64,000 nt of DNA. It comes from Octopus vulgaris (Eukaryota). The position numbers were made by a program, and so were the translations under genes. Where the stretch lies: positions 138,012,001 to 138,076,000 of the forward strand of contig OX597817.1 in assembly GCA_951406725.2 (NCBI GenBank), in the 5' to 3' direction. The notes below the pieces were generated by a model, which worked only from the letters and a program-made list of their open reading frames with translations, did not search any database and was not told the origin of the DNA. This document shows, piece after piece, positions 43,677 to 56,569 of this stretch (position 1 is the stretch's first letter; each line of letters starts with the position of its first letter).

Positions 43677-43985
43677 CACGTGATCACGTGACCGACCAGG
43701 CTATCAGATGTTGCTACACATCGCTGGTCACAATGTGCTTCGCATTGTTTTAGCCTTCAAATGACGCTACCCCGCTGGCTAGGCGAGCAGGCCAACAGAA
43801 GAAAGAGTGAGAGAAAGTTGCGGCGAAAGAGTACAGCAGGGGTCGCCACCACCCCCTGCCGGAGGCTTGTGGAGCTTTAGGTGTTTTCGCTCAATAAACA
43901 CTCACAACGCCCGGTCTGGGAATCGAAACCGCGATCCTCCGACTGTGAGTCCGCTGCCCTAACCACTGGATCATTGCGCCTCCAC
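43677..43985 (-). mobile_element. tRNA-derived SINE family B, full length
   Basis: Same family as 26561-26852; perfect 12-bp TSD agatggggaaat at 43665-43676 and 43986-43997. Confidence 0.92.
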
Positions 43986-44839
43986 AGATGGGGAAATGCC
44001 TTGCCGAAATAGCTATAGGTTTTCAGTAAACTACTTTTGTAGCCATAGCCATGTTTCCATCTAGTTTGCTCTCATCATCTGCTTTTGTTCTTAGAAGCAT
44101 TGATGCTTTGTCAGTCTCTATATCATGTTATTATTACTTTAGACCTGTTTCAATCCGTTCACACAGAGAAAAATTAGTTTGTGGTTCAGATTTAACCATT
44201 AGGTGCTTAGGAAATTTAATAAACACACCAGAGAATAAGGAAATTAAATCATTCTATATATGATATAATAATTATCCTTTCTCTTAGAATGTTTTCGTTT
44301 TTATATTCTCAAGAGATAACACGCCAAGCTATGCAACAAATCTTCTCATATACATTCACACATACATACGTAAACACACACATACATACATATATACATA
44401 TATACACACACATACACACATACTTACATACATATATATACACACATACACACCTACATACATACACATACATACATACACATACATACATACACACATA
44501 CATATAAAAATACATACGTACAAACATACATACATAAGTATATACACATACATACACATTTACATACACACAGACATTCATACACACGCACGCACACACA
44601 TACAAGCATACACACATTCATACACACACATACATTCATGCATATATACATACACACATATACATATATACTAACATACATACACACCATACATACGTAC
44701 ATACAAACACACATACATATAAACATACATACATAAATAAGTATATACACATACACACATTCATACACACACATACGTACATACATACAAACATGCATAC
44801 ATACATACATACATGCATACATTCTTTGTAGACGACCTG

Positions 44840-46465
44840 AAGTTTTATACTAAAAGTATTAACAATGCCAAAAAACAACTGGAATTGATAACCACATTTT
44901 CAGCTGATATAGGCATGGAATTTGGCCAAAAGAAGTATCCATATTTCGTTATAGAATGAGGAAAGTCAGTCCTCCAAACCTAAAACCTGCGCGCCAACGG
45001 TCTCTCTATCTCCCCCACACCACACAAAGAATGCTACAAGTACCTGGGTATAGACGAAAATATATCATATGAAGGTACTGTGAAAAGATAGAGTGACCCG
45101 AGAATATTACACGAGACTTAGGAAAATATGGCAGTCGGAACTCTCCTCTTACAACAAAACAATATGCCCCAATGCATTTGAAGTACCAGTGCTGATCCCA
45201 GCATTTGGGATATTTGATTGGTCTGTAGAGGAAATCCACACCGTAGATATCAAAACCCTTAAAATCCTGAGAGCAACTGGGAATTTCCATAGAAACAGCG
45301 ATGCTGACAGGCTTTACTTAAGAAGAAATGAAGGTGGTAGGGGCCTGAGATCAGTGCAGACGGCCTTCGAATGCCGTATGGTATGACTCAGATAGCACCT
45401 GCTGAACAACAGCAGCAAGAATAAATATATAAATGCAGTCTTCAAAAGTGAAGTGAGCAACATTGTACAAGTTGGCAGCGAACTCCTCAAGAAACACTCT
45501 CTTCCTGATGATCTCCTATACAGCCCCAAAACAGCTGGGCTGTCTTGCCTCAGAGAAAACCTGGATGGAAAGTACTCGGCATACAAAAATAAAAGACTAT
45601 GCATGAGTATGATGCCCGGAAGCTTGAAGAAGACAGTAGAACTGACACGAAGCGCACTCTCTATTGGGAACAAGACCACTACATCACATCACACTCTGAG
45701 GGCTATGCGTTTGCAATCCAGGAACAGGAGAGTTCCACAAAGTACCTGATGAACAAGAGAGACAGTGATGCTCTTGTAACCCCAAGGTGCCACTGCATGT
45801 GTAGGCTATGTCATGCTTCTGTGGAAGACATTATGCATGTGATTAGCTGCTGTCCTAAAATGTCGTCACGGTACTACATCCCTATGCGGTACGATGTTGT
45901 TGCGAAAACAGTTTACAATGCCATCCACAAAAAAGACTGTCCTGAAATAAACTTAGAAAATCCCTCTGTTATGGAATACATTCATAAACTCCAACTCAAG
46001 GAATACTGGTGGAATATTTCCATCAAGACTTCTGGTCAGATATTGTTGTTTGGGACAGAAGGGCAAAGGTGTGTACCATCATAGAGGTCACCTGCCCTCC
46101 AGATATAAATATGTCTTTGAAAATCAAAGTAAAAGAGGATATCTATGGAGAACTGCTTCGAAACCTCCAGCTTCTATATCCAGACTATGAATTCATATTC
46201 ATACCAATAATAATTGGAGCACAAGATTTTGTAAGTAAATGCTTAAACAAGAATCTGGATAAACTAGGATTTTCAGAAAGAGAAATCGACCGGTTAATTC
46301 GTACATTACAGGCGCAATCTGCGAATGGAACAGTAAATATATGCAAGACTTTTCTCAAGTTTTAAATGTGAATTTGTCTGTGTTAATTACATCCCAAAGA
46401 TGGAACTTTGTATCTTTGTTGGAAATCGGCTCCTTCCTTAGTGGAAGATTTATAAAAATTAAAAA
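44840..46465 (+). mobile_element. R4/Dong-like non-LTR retrotransposon (restriction-like endonuclease), 5'-truncated and decayed
   Basis: FSADIGMEFG, YKYLG, DRLYLRRNEGGRGL, zinc motif CRLC..EDIMHVISCC, RYDVVA, and a PD-(D/E)xK-like SDIVVWD..IIEVTCP; frameshifted across ORFs 45093, 45599 and 46009. Confidence 0.88.
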
Positions 46466-46480
46466 AAACAGAAGAGACTT

Positions 46481-46560
<80 letters not shown>

Positions 46561-48531
46561 ACATCATGATGGAAGTTAACTGGTGATCGAGCAAGATCAC
46601 TTTCTAGATTTCCTAAATGTATAAATCTAAAATCCCGTACAAACTTTCTGAGAGTCGAAGAAGTTTCTATGCGGGAATTTGCTTCAAATGTATAAAGTGT
46701 TACTTATCCCTGAACCCAATTGTCAACACAATAAATTATGCGACAAAGGTTGAAATGACTAGCAACACACGCATGCACATTCAAACATATGCATGTATAA
46801 AATGCATACATTCCTGCCAACTAAAACAATGCACAAACGACTGTGGTCTTAGACTACAACTGCAGGCACTGACGCTGATTCTGTTACCACGGTAACATGT
46901 TCTATGTTACCTCTGCAGGGTTGACCGCCCACACCTCCGTTACCATAGCTCCAAAGGGGATGTCACATTCACAAACATTGATTCCACGATAGACTATTCA
47001 AAATCAACAGAAACTACACTTTTGGTCAAATTATTAGCTTTTCGACAAAAACCAATTACCGAAGTTGGAGATTTTCTTCTCGTAGCGAAATCCAATAAGG
47101 TAAAAATGTAAACCGTTATTTGGTATTGAAGCAACGAACTGTGTATCATAACATAAGAGTTGTTGAAATTTTCGTTGTGATGCTTCAGAGAAACTCTGAG
47201 TTGGAATCAGAGTAACTGCAGAAGAGTTCAGAGAATCATGAGGAGTGGAATTTTTTATAAACTTCTCTTTTAAAATTTGTAGCAGAAACAATGACATTTT
47301 TTACTTTAAAAAATTGAAAAACTGCAAGATGAGAGATCATTAGAGAAAGTCTTGTAAGTTTGGTGATGTTACAAGTAGTTCTATAGGAAAGTTATTAATT
47401 TCTTCTGAAGATCAACGGTCAGTGAATTTGACTCGCTGGTCGATATCAAGGATGAGATGACTTGTGATTATCCAAGTGAATAAGTAAAGCAGTCTCATGA
47501 AACTATATCATGACCAAACCCAATGTATATAGTATATACAAGCTTCTTGGAGATGGTTGTTTAGAACCATAGCAAAGCAAACACCGTGGAGATCGAAAGT
47601 AGACAACAGGTGTGTGGGACAGTCCCCAGGTAAGGGAACCAAAAAACGCCAGATACTAATTAGAGAATGATTAGAATACAGGAATGCATTCTCTCCTGTT
47701 GCAGTGCTAATAACCATTGTAACTTGTACCTTTAGTGAGACTAAAGCAAAGTTGCTCATCTTTGCAACATATCAGCAGTAAGAGAGTTTTGGTTGTATTA
47801 GAAATACCTGGTCACTACCAAATATCGTGAGATATAGACAGGTCACAGTTTAATTGGTGGATTAACCAAGACTAATTAGAGATGAGGGATTAACCTAACT
47901 CCGTGACTTCTTTGTCAGACCAGCTCTGAAATGTCAGAAGTTGTATTCTTGCATTACCAAAGGAGAATAAAATTAGAGTTTCCCTCAATTATAAATAAAA
48001 ACAGATTTAATTATTAAAATATTAAGATATTGAAAAATATTCAGTTAGGACAATGAAAACCTGACAGTGTTCTCTTGGACCAGATACACTGTTTATGCCG
48101 GTTTGTAGATAAAAGCTAGCCATAAAATGTAAAAGCCCCATGGTAGCAGAAATGAAATAAAGCGAACTAGTAGGACAAAACTTGCAGCTTTTGTAAATAG
48201 ATTTTAAAGTTTTGTTTCAATCCATCATTATTGTTGCACTAAGCTCTCTAACCAAATATTTATGTATAAACCAGGCAGCTTAGTTTCACAAGAGAAAAAA
48301 AAATAACAGAATAATTGGCTCAGATTCTTCAGATCAAATCGATTTTCACTCAAACAAAAGATTCTTGTCGTTTTGTAATCTATTAGCTTTTTTTAAGAGA
48401 TCATGAGTGCGTATTCAGATAAACAGTTTCTTTTTTTTCTTTCTTTTTTTTTCTAGAAACGTAGAATTTTCGGAAAAGATATAGAGAAAAATTACAAAGA
48501 AACACCAACTCTAAACATCTAATTCCACGTG

Positions 48532-48613
<82 letters not shown>

Positions 48614-49082
48614 ACATAATCTAACCAACTAAAGGAATATTCTATTTTTTAAAAAAACCGAGAATATTTGATCATAGTTCAAATGAAAGTTGACAATTGC
48701 TTCCCATCAAATTAATTACGGAATAATAGAATGCATTAACCTTCACAGAAAAGCAGAGAGGCGGCGGGAGGTGGGATAGAGCTAATGCTTTCCAAGTGGG
48801 AGCAACGAATATTGTCTATAGTTTGATGATGTATATAGAATAAGAGAAACATATGTGGAGAAGGAGAAGGCGGCGTCGGCGGCGGCGGAGGAGGAGGAGG
48901 AGGCGACGGCAAACAGCTTTTAATGCCACACGTTCAACTAATGGTCGTTAAATTTTTCTTGAGTGATTTTTGCAGATATTCTTTCTTCCAAATTAAATTT
49001 GACAATTACCTTTTGACTGTTGTATTTAAAACAGATATCTTGGTGTAGGACTCATTAATTTGAGTGTATTTCAAACACAAAT

Positions 49083-49146
<64 letters not shown>

Positions 49147-49155
49147 TGTGCATGC

Positions 49156-49193
<38 letters not shown>

Positions 49194-49349
49194 GCATGCA
49201 CACACACAAATATGAATATATAATTATAAATGAATACACGTATGTACATTTATACATACACACATATACATCCAAAATCACTGATACACAATTCATACAC
49301 AATGAAACAGCAGATTTTCTTCGCTTAAAAACTCATATCTATACATACG

Positions 49350-49484
<135 letters not shown>

Positions 49485-50042
49485 GTATATATATATACGT
49501 ATATATATATATATATATATGCATACATATATATATACAAATATATGCACATATATTCATTTCATATATATACATACCTATATACATATATGTATGCATA
49601 TATATATACATATACACACACACGCATATGTATGTACGATATTGTTACACACAAAGAAATAAACTCTACCACGTGGGTGATGTGGGACGCTGGTTGGCAG
49701 AACTGCTGCTACTGCTGCTGCCACCGTTTTGTATGTTGTTCATGTAACTAGTTAAACGATAATATCTAAAGAAATTATGTCAGAAAAATGATAAAATATT
49801 TGTTGTGTAGCAGAGAGAGTAACGGGGAGTGATGACGTCACTATTATCAGGATTAGGGTGGAACCTGTTGTAGTGTTTCGGCAACATGGCACCAAAACGT
49901 AATGGATTTTTAAACATAATTTGATAAAGTATTATTTCACTGGGAATATTGTCTTTGGCAGGGAACCATTCATTACACAATGGGGAATCTGCGCAAATAC
50001 GCATTCGTAATACCTATTCACAAAACCCTGTAGATAGTTAGT

Positions 50043-50111
<69 letters not shown>

Positions 50112-50140
50112 GGATGGATGGATGGATGGATGGATGGATG

Positions 50141-50238
<98 letters not shown>

Positions 50239-50445
50239 GTGAAGGAGGGTGGGATGGAGAGAGAGCAACCCATTATGCTATAGATTCCAGAAGTGGGAAG
50301 GAGATGAGTCGTTTTCTCTGCGGAACAAGTAACAAATTTTGCGACGGATGGTCAAGAAGTTCCCATCTTCCTTTCCCCGCCACTTCGAAAGACTAAAAGG
50401 AATGCGTTTATATATCTGTGTGACTCTATACGTGCATATACATAC

Positions 50446-50501
<56 letters not shown>

Positions 50502-51040
50502 ACAAATTAAATAAATTATAAACAAAACGAAATAAAAACAATTAAAAATAATAACAAATAAAAATAAATGAAAACAAATTAAACGAACGTGTATAAATAG
50601 GGGATACAGATGATACAGGCACTCCCCCCGCCCCAACACACACACGCACACTTACTAAACATAGACACACATAAGGGTCATGCATGCACGAATAAAGACA
50701 CATACAATAGGAATACAAAATACAAAATGGCTGATCGTTAGTAAGGAAAGACACAAATAAGAAAGAAGAAAGTAAAGACCACTGATAAGGTCACAGAAGT
50801 GTGACGAAAGAAGTCTGGCAGAAATACGATTAATGAAAAAAAAATAATAAAGCAAATTAACACCAAATATATAGATATATAGTGCGTGTGTCTTATTGGG
50901 TAAACTACTAAACTGGCAACATGACCATCCCCAAATACAACAATATATGTATATAAGGATGAAAAGGAACACACGAGTTGATATATATGGAAAAAAAAAG
51001 TCAAGATAGAAAATGCTAAAATAATTTTATAAAATCATTT

Positions 51041-51076
51041 CAGTACCGGTTTCAGTCATTGAGACTTTTTCAACTG
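51041..51076 (-). ncRNA. Minimal type I hammerhead, U3-A8 variant
   Basis: CAG-UUGAAAA-AGUC/UCAAU/GACU-GAAA-CCGG-UA^-CUG. Confidence 0.7.
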
Positions 51077-51427
51077 TAACAATTAAATAATTAAATTTGA
51101 AAAATTAAAAGAAGTTTTATTAAAAGAATATTTGCATAGTGTTCAAATACAAGTGGCATTTTCCTTGTTTCTGCCTGCCTCTGTCTCTCTTGTTTACTCT
51201 TGTGGGTTCGAGGTCGTGATGAATTCTTGGTAGGGAAGAAGAAGAAGGAAGAGGAGGAGAAGAGGAAGAAGAATTTAGGAGTGCCATGATAGTAGTATTT
51301 TGAATGGTCAGTGGATGGTAGCAGTCCCTGTTCAATTCATGAAAATATTTACTTTGAATGTTTTGTTTATAGAATTTGCATAGGTGTTATTTTAAAAAGC
51401 ATTAGTGATAAAGTTAGGAAGGAGAAG

Positions 51428-51460
<33 letters not shown>

Positions 51461-51462
<2 letters not shown>

Positions 51463-52754
51463 AGGTGTTCAACTTAAAAGTTGACTCAATTGTATTTATT
51501 AATAGTTATAAAGAATGTGCAATATTATGGACAAATCTACTTTTATAAAATAGTCATTTAAAAGTTAGAGCGTCAAAATGACTACAAAAAGCGTTGAAAT
51601 TGTTGGCCACTACATTGTAGACATAAGTCAACACAACGGCGTTTGTTCTGGAACACATTAACCAAAACCTCACGTGGGATATTTGGGACAATATCAGTAA
51701 TATCGGTACATCAAGTGTATGCGGATTCTTTGCAAACACAGCGTCATTGATATAGCCGAATAAAAAGAAATCGGGAGGCGTTAAGTCTGGTAATCTGGGT
51801 GGCCAGAGGCCTTTCGAGGTCAACCTATGTTCAAAAGTTTGTCGTAAGTGAAACAAAGTTACTAACATGTCCTGTTGCTGAGTCCTGTTGAAGCCATGCA
51901 TTACTTTTTTCATTCTCAGTTAGCCGCTCCACAAACTGATCAATTACCTCACAATAACGTTCCAAATTCAAGGTTTCTTGGGGAAAAAAAAGTCGGTCCT
52001 ACTATTCTTCGCCTGCTGATAGCCATCTGTACACCAATCTTCATGTAAGGGTGATTCAACTAACTCGTGAAGTATGAGAGCACTCCAGATGCGAGTACTT
52101 TGCGAATTTAGGTATCCCGATAGGTGAATCCAAGCCTCGTCACTGAAGAAGGTCATGTCAAGTTGGTTGCCATCCATGTTTTTTTGAAACCATTTGTAGT
52201 AATCCAATCTTTTGGTAAAATCAGCAGGAATAAGTTCATGTAAAGAAGACACACGGTGTGGGTACAATTTCAGCGACTTATAAAGAGCAGTATGGCAGCT
52301 GCCAACAGATAATACACTTTCAAAAGACAAACCTCGCATAGATTTCCTGGAACTGCGAAGAATTCGTTGACGGATATCTTCCACAACATCATCAGAAAGG
52401 CGGCTACGTCGGCGAACGTGTTTCTTGTTTCCAACTGAGTCCGTTTTCCTAAACTTTTCAATCAGAACATTAAATACTTGCTTTGTTGGCAGAGACACAT
52501 TTGGATATTCGCTCTTAAAATCGGTAACGCAATCGCCAAAGAGTAAATCCATCGCCCATTCATACAAAGTCCTGATCTAAAATACGATCCCACAATAAAT
52601 GACCGTTTCTGCACTGATAACAAGGCTACTACTCCAGAAGAAACCTCGAAGGAATGCGTTACACTTGTAAGAGGCTAAAATCAATTTGGCATGGCGAGCC
52701 AATCAAAGAGAGCCAATATTTTGACAATCAATCGAGTGAACTTTTAAATTGAAC
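51461..52754 (-). mobile_element. Tc1/mariner-superfamily transposon, near full length, frameshifted
   Basis: FFSDEAWIHLSGYLNSQ, QQD and WPPRLPDLTPPDFFLFGY motifs; imperfect TIRs at 51461-51491 and 52730-52754; next to (TA)n. Confidence 0.9.
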
Positions 52755-52764
52755 TAAATTGAAC

Positions 52765-52799
<35 letters not shown>

Positions 52800-52929
52800 T
52801 ATATATATGTGTGTGTTTGTGTATGGGTTGGTGGGTGAAGTATAAGGAAAGGAAAAGTTGTAGGTGTAGACGATATTTAATTCATAATCCAAGATAGTAC
52901 AGAACCAATATGCATTCTACAAATTGTAT

Positions 52930-53342
52930 ATGTATATGTAGAAATATAAACAAAATATATGCATGAGACTGTGCTATACGGAATGAAATCTGCATAGCGC
53001 GAAACAAATCCATCGTCGAGTCAAAATCAAAATTTCAAAAATCAAAAATACAAAATATATACTCTATCCATATGGTATATTTATATTTGACATTTTAAAT
53101 TTGGTTGCGTGTCTACATAAGTTCATCAGCTCACTTCTTTGATTCAAAGAATTATTGTCTTTGAATAAAATATACAGTTTCTCTAATAGACAAAGATTGC
53201 ATTTAAAATTATTCCTGTGTGCTCCATGCCAGTATGGTGCCGCTCTGTAAACGCGACGATGGATTTGTTTCGCGCTATGCAGATTTCATTCCGTATAGCA
53301 AAGTCTCATGCATATATTTTGTTTATATTTCTACATATACAT
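52930..53342. repeat. 89-bp inverted repeat (1 mismatch) with a 235-bp spacer
   Basis: 52930-53018 is the reverse complement of 53254-53342. Confidence 0.95.
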
Positions 53343-54338
53343 TAGGAAAAACCTTCGGCTTTGTTTATTTCATGTTATTGTATTGTATAGGATTACTTTG
53401 ATTTTTAATTTATAGATGATCCAAAATAGGGTGTTATATTTTATATGTCTTTCGTATATTTTTCATTATTGCACTCACCATTGTTTTAAAAAAGCAATGT
53501 TGTCAAAAATTAGAATTTTGATGTAAATATGTGTATAGCCATGGATATGTATTTGTAAGCATGCGTCTCTGTGTATGTGTAAGTGAGCGTATGTTTGTGC
53601 TTAAGCACACACATACACGACTGTATGTGTATGTATCCATTTGAACTTGTGTGTTTGTATACTTGTCTCTATATATATGTCAATAACGTGGTTACATAGC
53701 TTGTATACATAATTTTTCTTATTTGGGTTTTTTTCCCCACCCTTCCTTTTTCTTTTTTCCTTCCCCCTTCTTCGTTCCTTTTTTCTCTCTCTTCCTTTCT
53801 TTCATTTTTTTCTCTAACTGATACTGGTGCATACAACTTTACGTCCCCCTCACTTAAGCTTTACACCGTAAATAAGAAACGCTACATTAGCATCGATGAT
53901 TTTAACTTGCGTGCGAGATAGATTGCGTACACATATGTATGCATGCATTTGTGTGTATATTTTAGATTTATATTTATACGTCTGTATATGTATGGCGTTT
54001 GCACGCATCCTTCTGTGTATGTTGATATATATATGTACACTTTAATATGAATATGTATTGTAGTGTAATATTTATAATGCGTTTTAATTTCCATGCATTA
54101 ATTATATTTCCTTCATTAACGTCAATATGTATTTTATTCAATGTTAGGTTTTTTCCTCGAATTTTTAAAGTTTTATAATTTTTATAATTTTTTTATATAT
54201 ATATATACATATATATTTTTTTGTTTATCGCTCGAAGATTGACCGTTATTTCTAAAGGGCCAATCAAACAAGTCCATTTTTTAAAGGTGTAGCGTTTGTA
54301 AGAGTCTGGATTGAATTGATATATCGGTTCCATTCTAG

Positions 54339-54388
54339 CAAAAACTGTCTGAGGAACGGCAACGAGAAACTCAGAGTAACAGATTTTG
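54339..54388 (+). ncRNA. Minimal type I hammerhead
   Basis: CAAAAA-CUGU-CUGAGGA-A-CG/GCAA/CG-A-GAAA-CUCAGAG-UA^-ACAG-AUUUUG, followed by AATAAA. Confidence 0.65.
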
Positions 54389-54485
54389 TTGAATTTTCTG
54401 CTTTAAATAAAGCATATTACCCTACCACTGGTATTTGAGTACTCCTTTTTCCACCCTGTTTCACATTTATGTGTTTACTCCGGTG

Positions 54486-54566
<81 letters not shown>

Positions 54567-55330
54567 CACAGCATTTTGTATATAGTCATAGAGACCGATT
54601 TAGTTTGCGTCTGGTCTCGTTTCGGGTATGTAGTATTAATAATTCACAAAGATAATGAAACATTATTGTCTACCGCACCTGCAATGGGACATAACACGAG
54701 TTATCTCGCTTGTCTATTGACTACCAGATGTTTTAAAGCCAGGCATATCGACGTGAAGATATTCTATTACGCCTATAAATCGCAGCCTGCCCACGAACTG
54801 GCAAAGCACATACCTTGTGTACGTGTGTTCTATTTTACACATACTTATTTGTTTAAAAAATTAAAATATAGTTTATAGTATCAAACTATGAGAAATTGGT
54901 ATAGAGGCCTGATGATTGGGGTTATATTTTAAGAATGGTTCCAGCAAAACACGGTGTGGTTAAGGAACCGGGAAATATACCTCAAGAAACACGTGTAGCC
55001 AAGTTATAAAGTAGTAAGTATTTAAATTAAAATTCTTTTATATGGAGGGATGAAGGGGCCTACTATCTCTAAATGAAAATATATATATATATATATATAT
55101 ATATTGATAAAAATGATAAGACAACAAAAGAATGAAAGAGACCTCTGTATTATATAAATAGAGGAATTTATGTGTAAATGTTGTAAAAGAAAGCTTTCCA
55201 TCTCATATGATGTTAAGATTTTTTCCGATGGCCAGATAACTGAAGAGATGGCGGCGTGGATTTCCACCTCGGCATCCGAAACTCGGAGTTTTATCATGGC
55301 TACCGAATAATTGTCACATATTACATTTAC

Positions 55331-55370
<40 letters not shown>

Positions 55371-55372
<2 letters not shown>

Positions 55373-55660
55373 GCGCAGGCGTGGCTGTATGGTAAGAAGC
55401 GTGCTTTCTAGCCACATGGTTCCGGGTTCAGTCCCACTGCGTGGCACCTTGGGCAAGCCATGTGAGTAGATTTGGTAGACGGTAACTGAGAGAAGCCGAT
55501 GTTGGTGCGTTTACGTCTCCATAACTTAGCGGTTCGGCAGAAGACTGATAGAATATGTACTAGGTTTACAAAGAATAAGTCCTGAAGTCGATTCGTTCGA
55601 CTAAACGTGGTCCTCCAACATGACCGCAGTCAAATGACTGAAACAAGTTAAAGAATAAAA
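55371..55660 (+). mobile_element. tRNA-derived SINE family C (CORE/V-like CTTGGGCAAG motif)
   Basis: A box TGGCTGTATGG, B box GGTTCAGTCC, caccttgggcaag motif and an A-rich tail. Related to 5461-5592, 15725-16035, 34958-35123 and 35995-36185. Confidence 0.8.
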
Positions 55661-55916
55661 TACACACACACACACACACACACACATATAAAGTAAAAAC
55701 TTACTGTGGGCAAGGCTGCGTGGCGTTCGATTATAAACAAATAGATATAAAATACATCAAGTACAGGACATCACCAACGAGTGAAAATTACGTAGACACA
55801 CGAGTGATATGTACAAGACGAAATATCAAAAAGTACACAATAAGAACAGGACATCACCAACGATAGACATCCCCTATATTGAACTCTAGTATTTCCCTCT
55901 ATTTAACCATCTCACA

Positions 55917-55968
55917 TAGTCTCTGATGAAGGGATATCTCTAATATCCCAGAAACAGCTGTAAGACTA
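55917..55968 (+). ncRNA. Minimal type I hammerhead
   Basis: UAGUCU-CUGAUGA-A-GGGAUAU/CUCUA/AUAUCCC-A-GAAA-CAGCUG-UA^-AGACUA; 6-bp helix I, 7-bp helix II, palindromic helix III. Confidence 0.78.
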
Positions 55969-56150
55969 ACTTACTCTTTATAAATGTCCTTGGCTTTGTT
56001 GTCTCATTTTATTTAGCATATGAATGCTCATACAAGACCTGCATTAGACTCCTCACTCGTATTATTATCGAACCGAGAGTTTAACTACGGTCCTTCCATA
56101 GCACCTACACAGCTATACTTTCCACCTTGGGTCGTCTAGATACCTATATA

Positions 56151-56324
56151 TGTTTCTTTATTACCCAAAAGGGTATAAACATAGAGGGGACAAACAAACG
56201 AATTAAGTCGATTATATCGACTCCAGTGCATAACTGGTACTTAATTTATCAACCCCGAAAGGATGAAAGGCAAAGTCGACCTCGGCGGCATTTGAATTCA
56301 GAACATAACGGCAGACGAAATACG
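56151..56324 (-). mobile_element. SINE family A, 3' portion of the copy interrupted by the Tx1 LINE
   Basis: Matches the tail, central domain and B box of the intact copies at 3579-3808 and 34028-34254. The outer TSD atacctatata lies at 56140-56150 and 61748-61758. Confidence 0.9.
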
Positions 56325-56569
56325 AATTTCTTTATTGCCCACCGGGGGCCAAACATAGATATGGACAGTACAACTGATGGGATCAGTGAATCGATATGAT
56401 TTTACATAAATGTGACATCAAAAATAAAATACAATACATAAAAATCGAATGGAATACACAGTACAAAAACAATACAAATGAAGCGATGATCAAGTTACGC
56501 TCCGATCCCACAAGCCCCGATCTACCGCTGATACCTTTTTATTTTTCCTTTTTTTTTTTTCTCGTCTAT

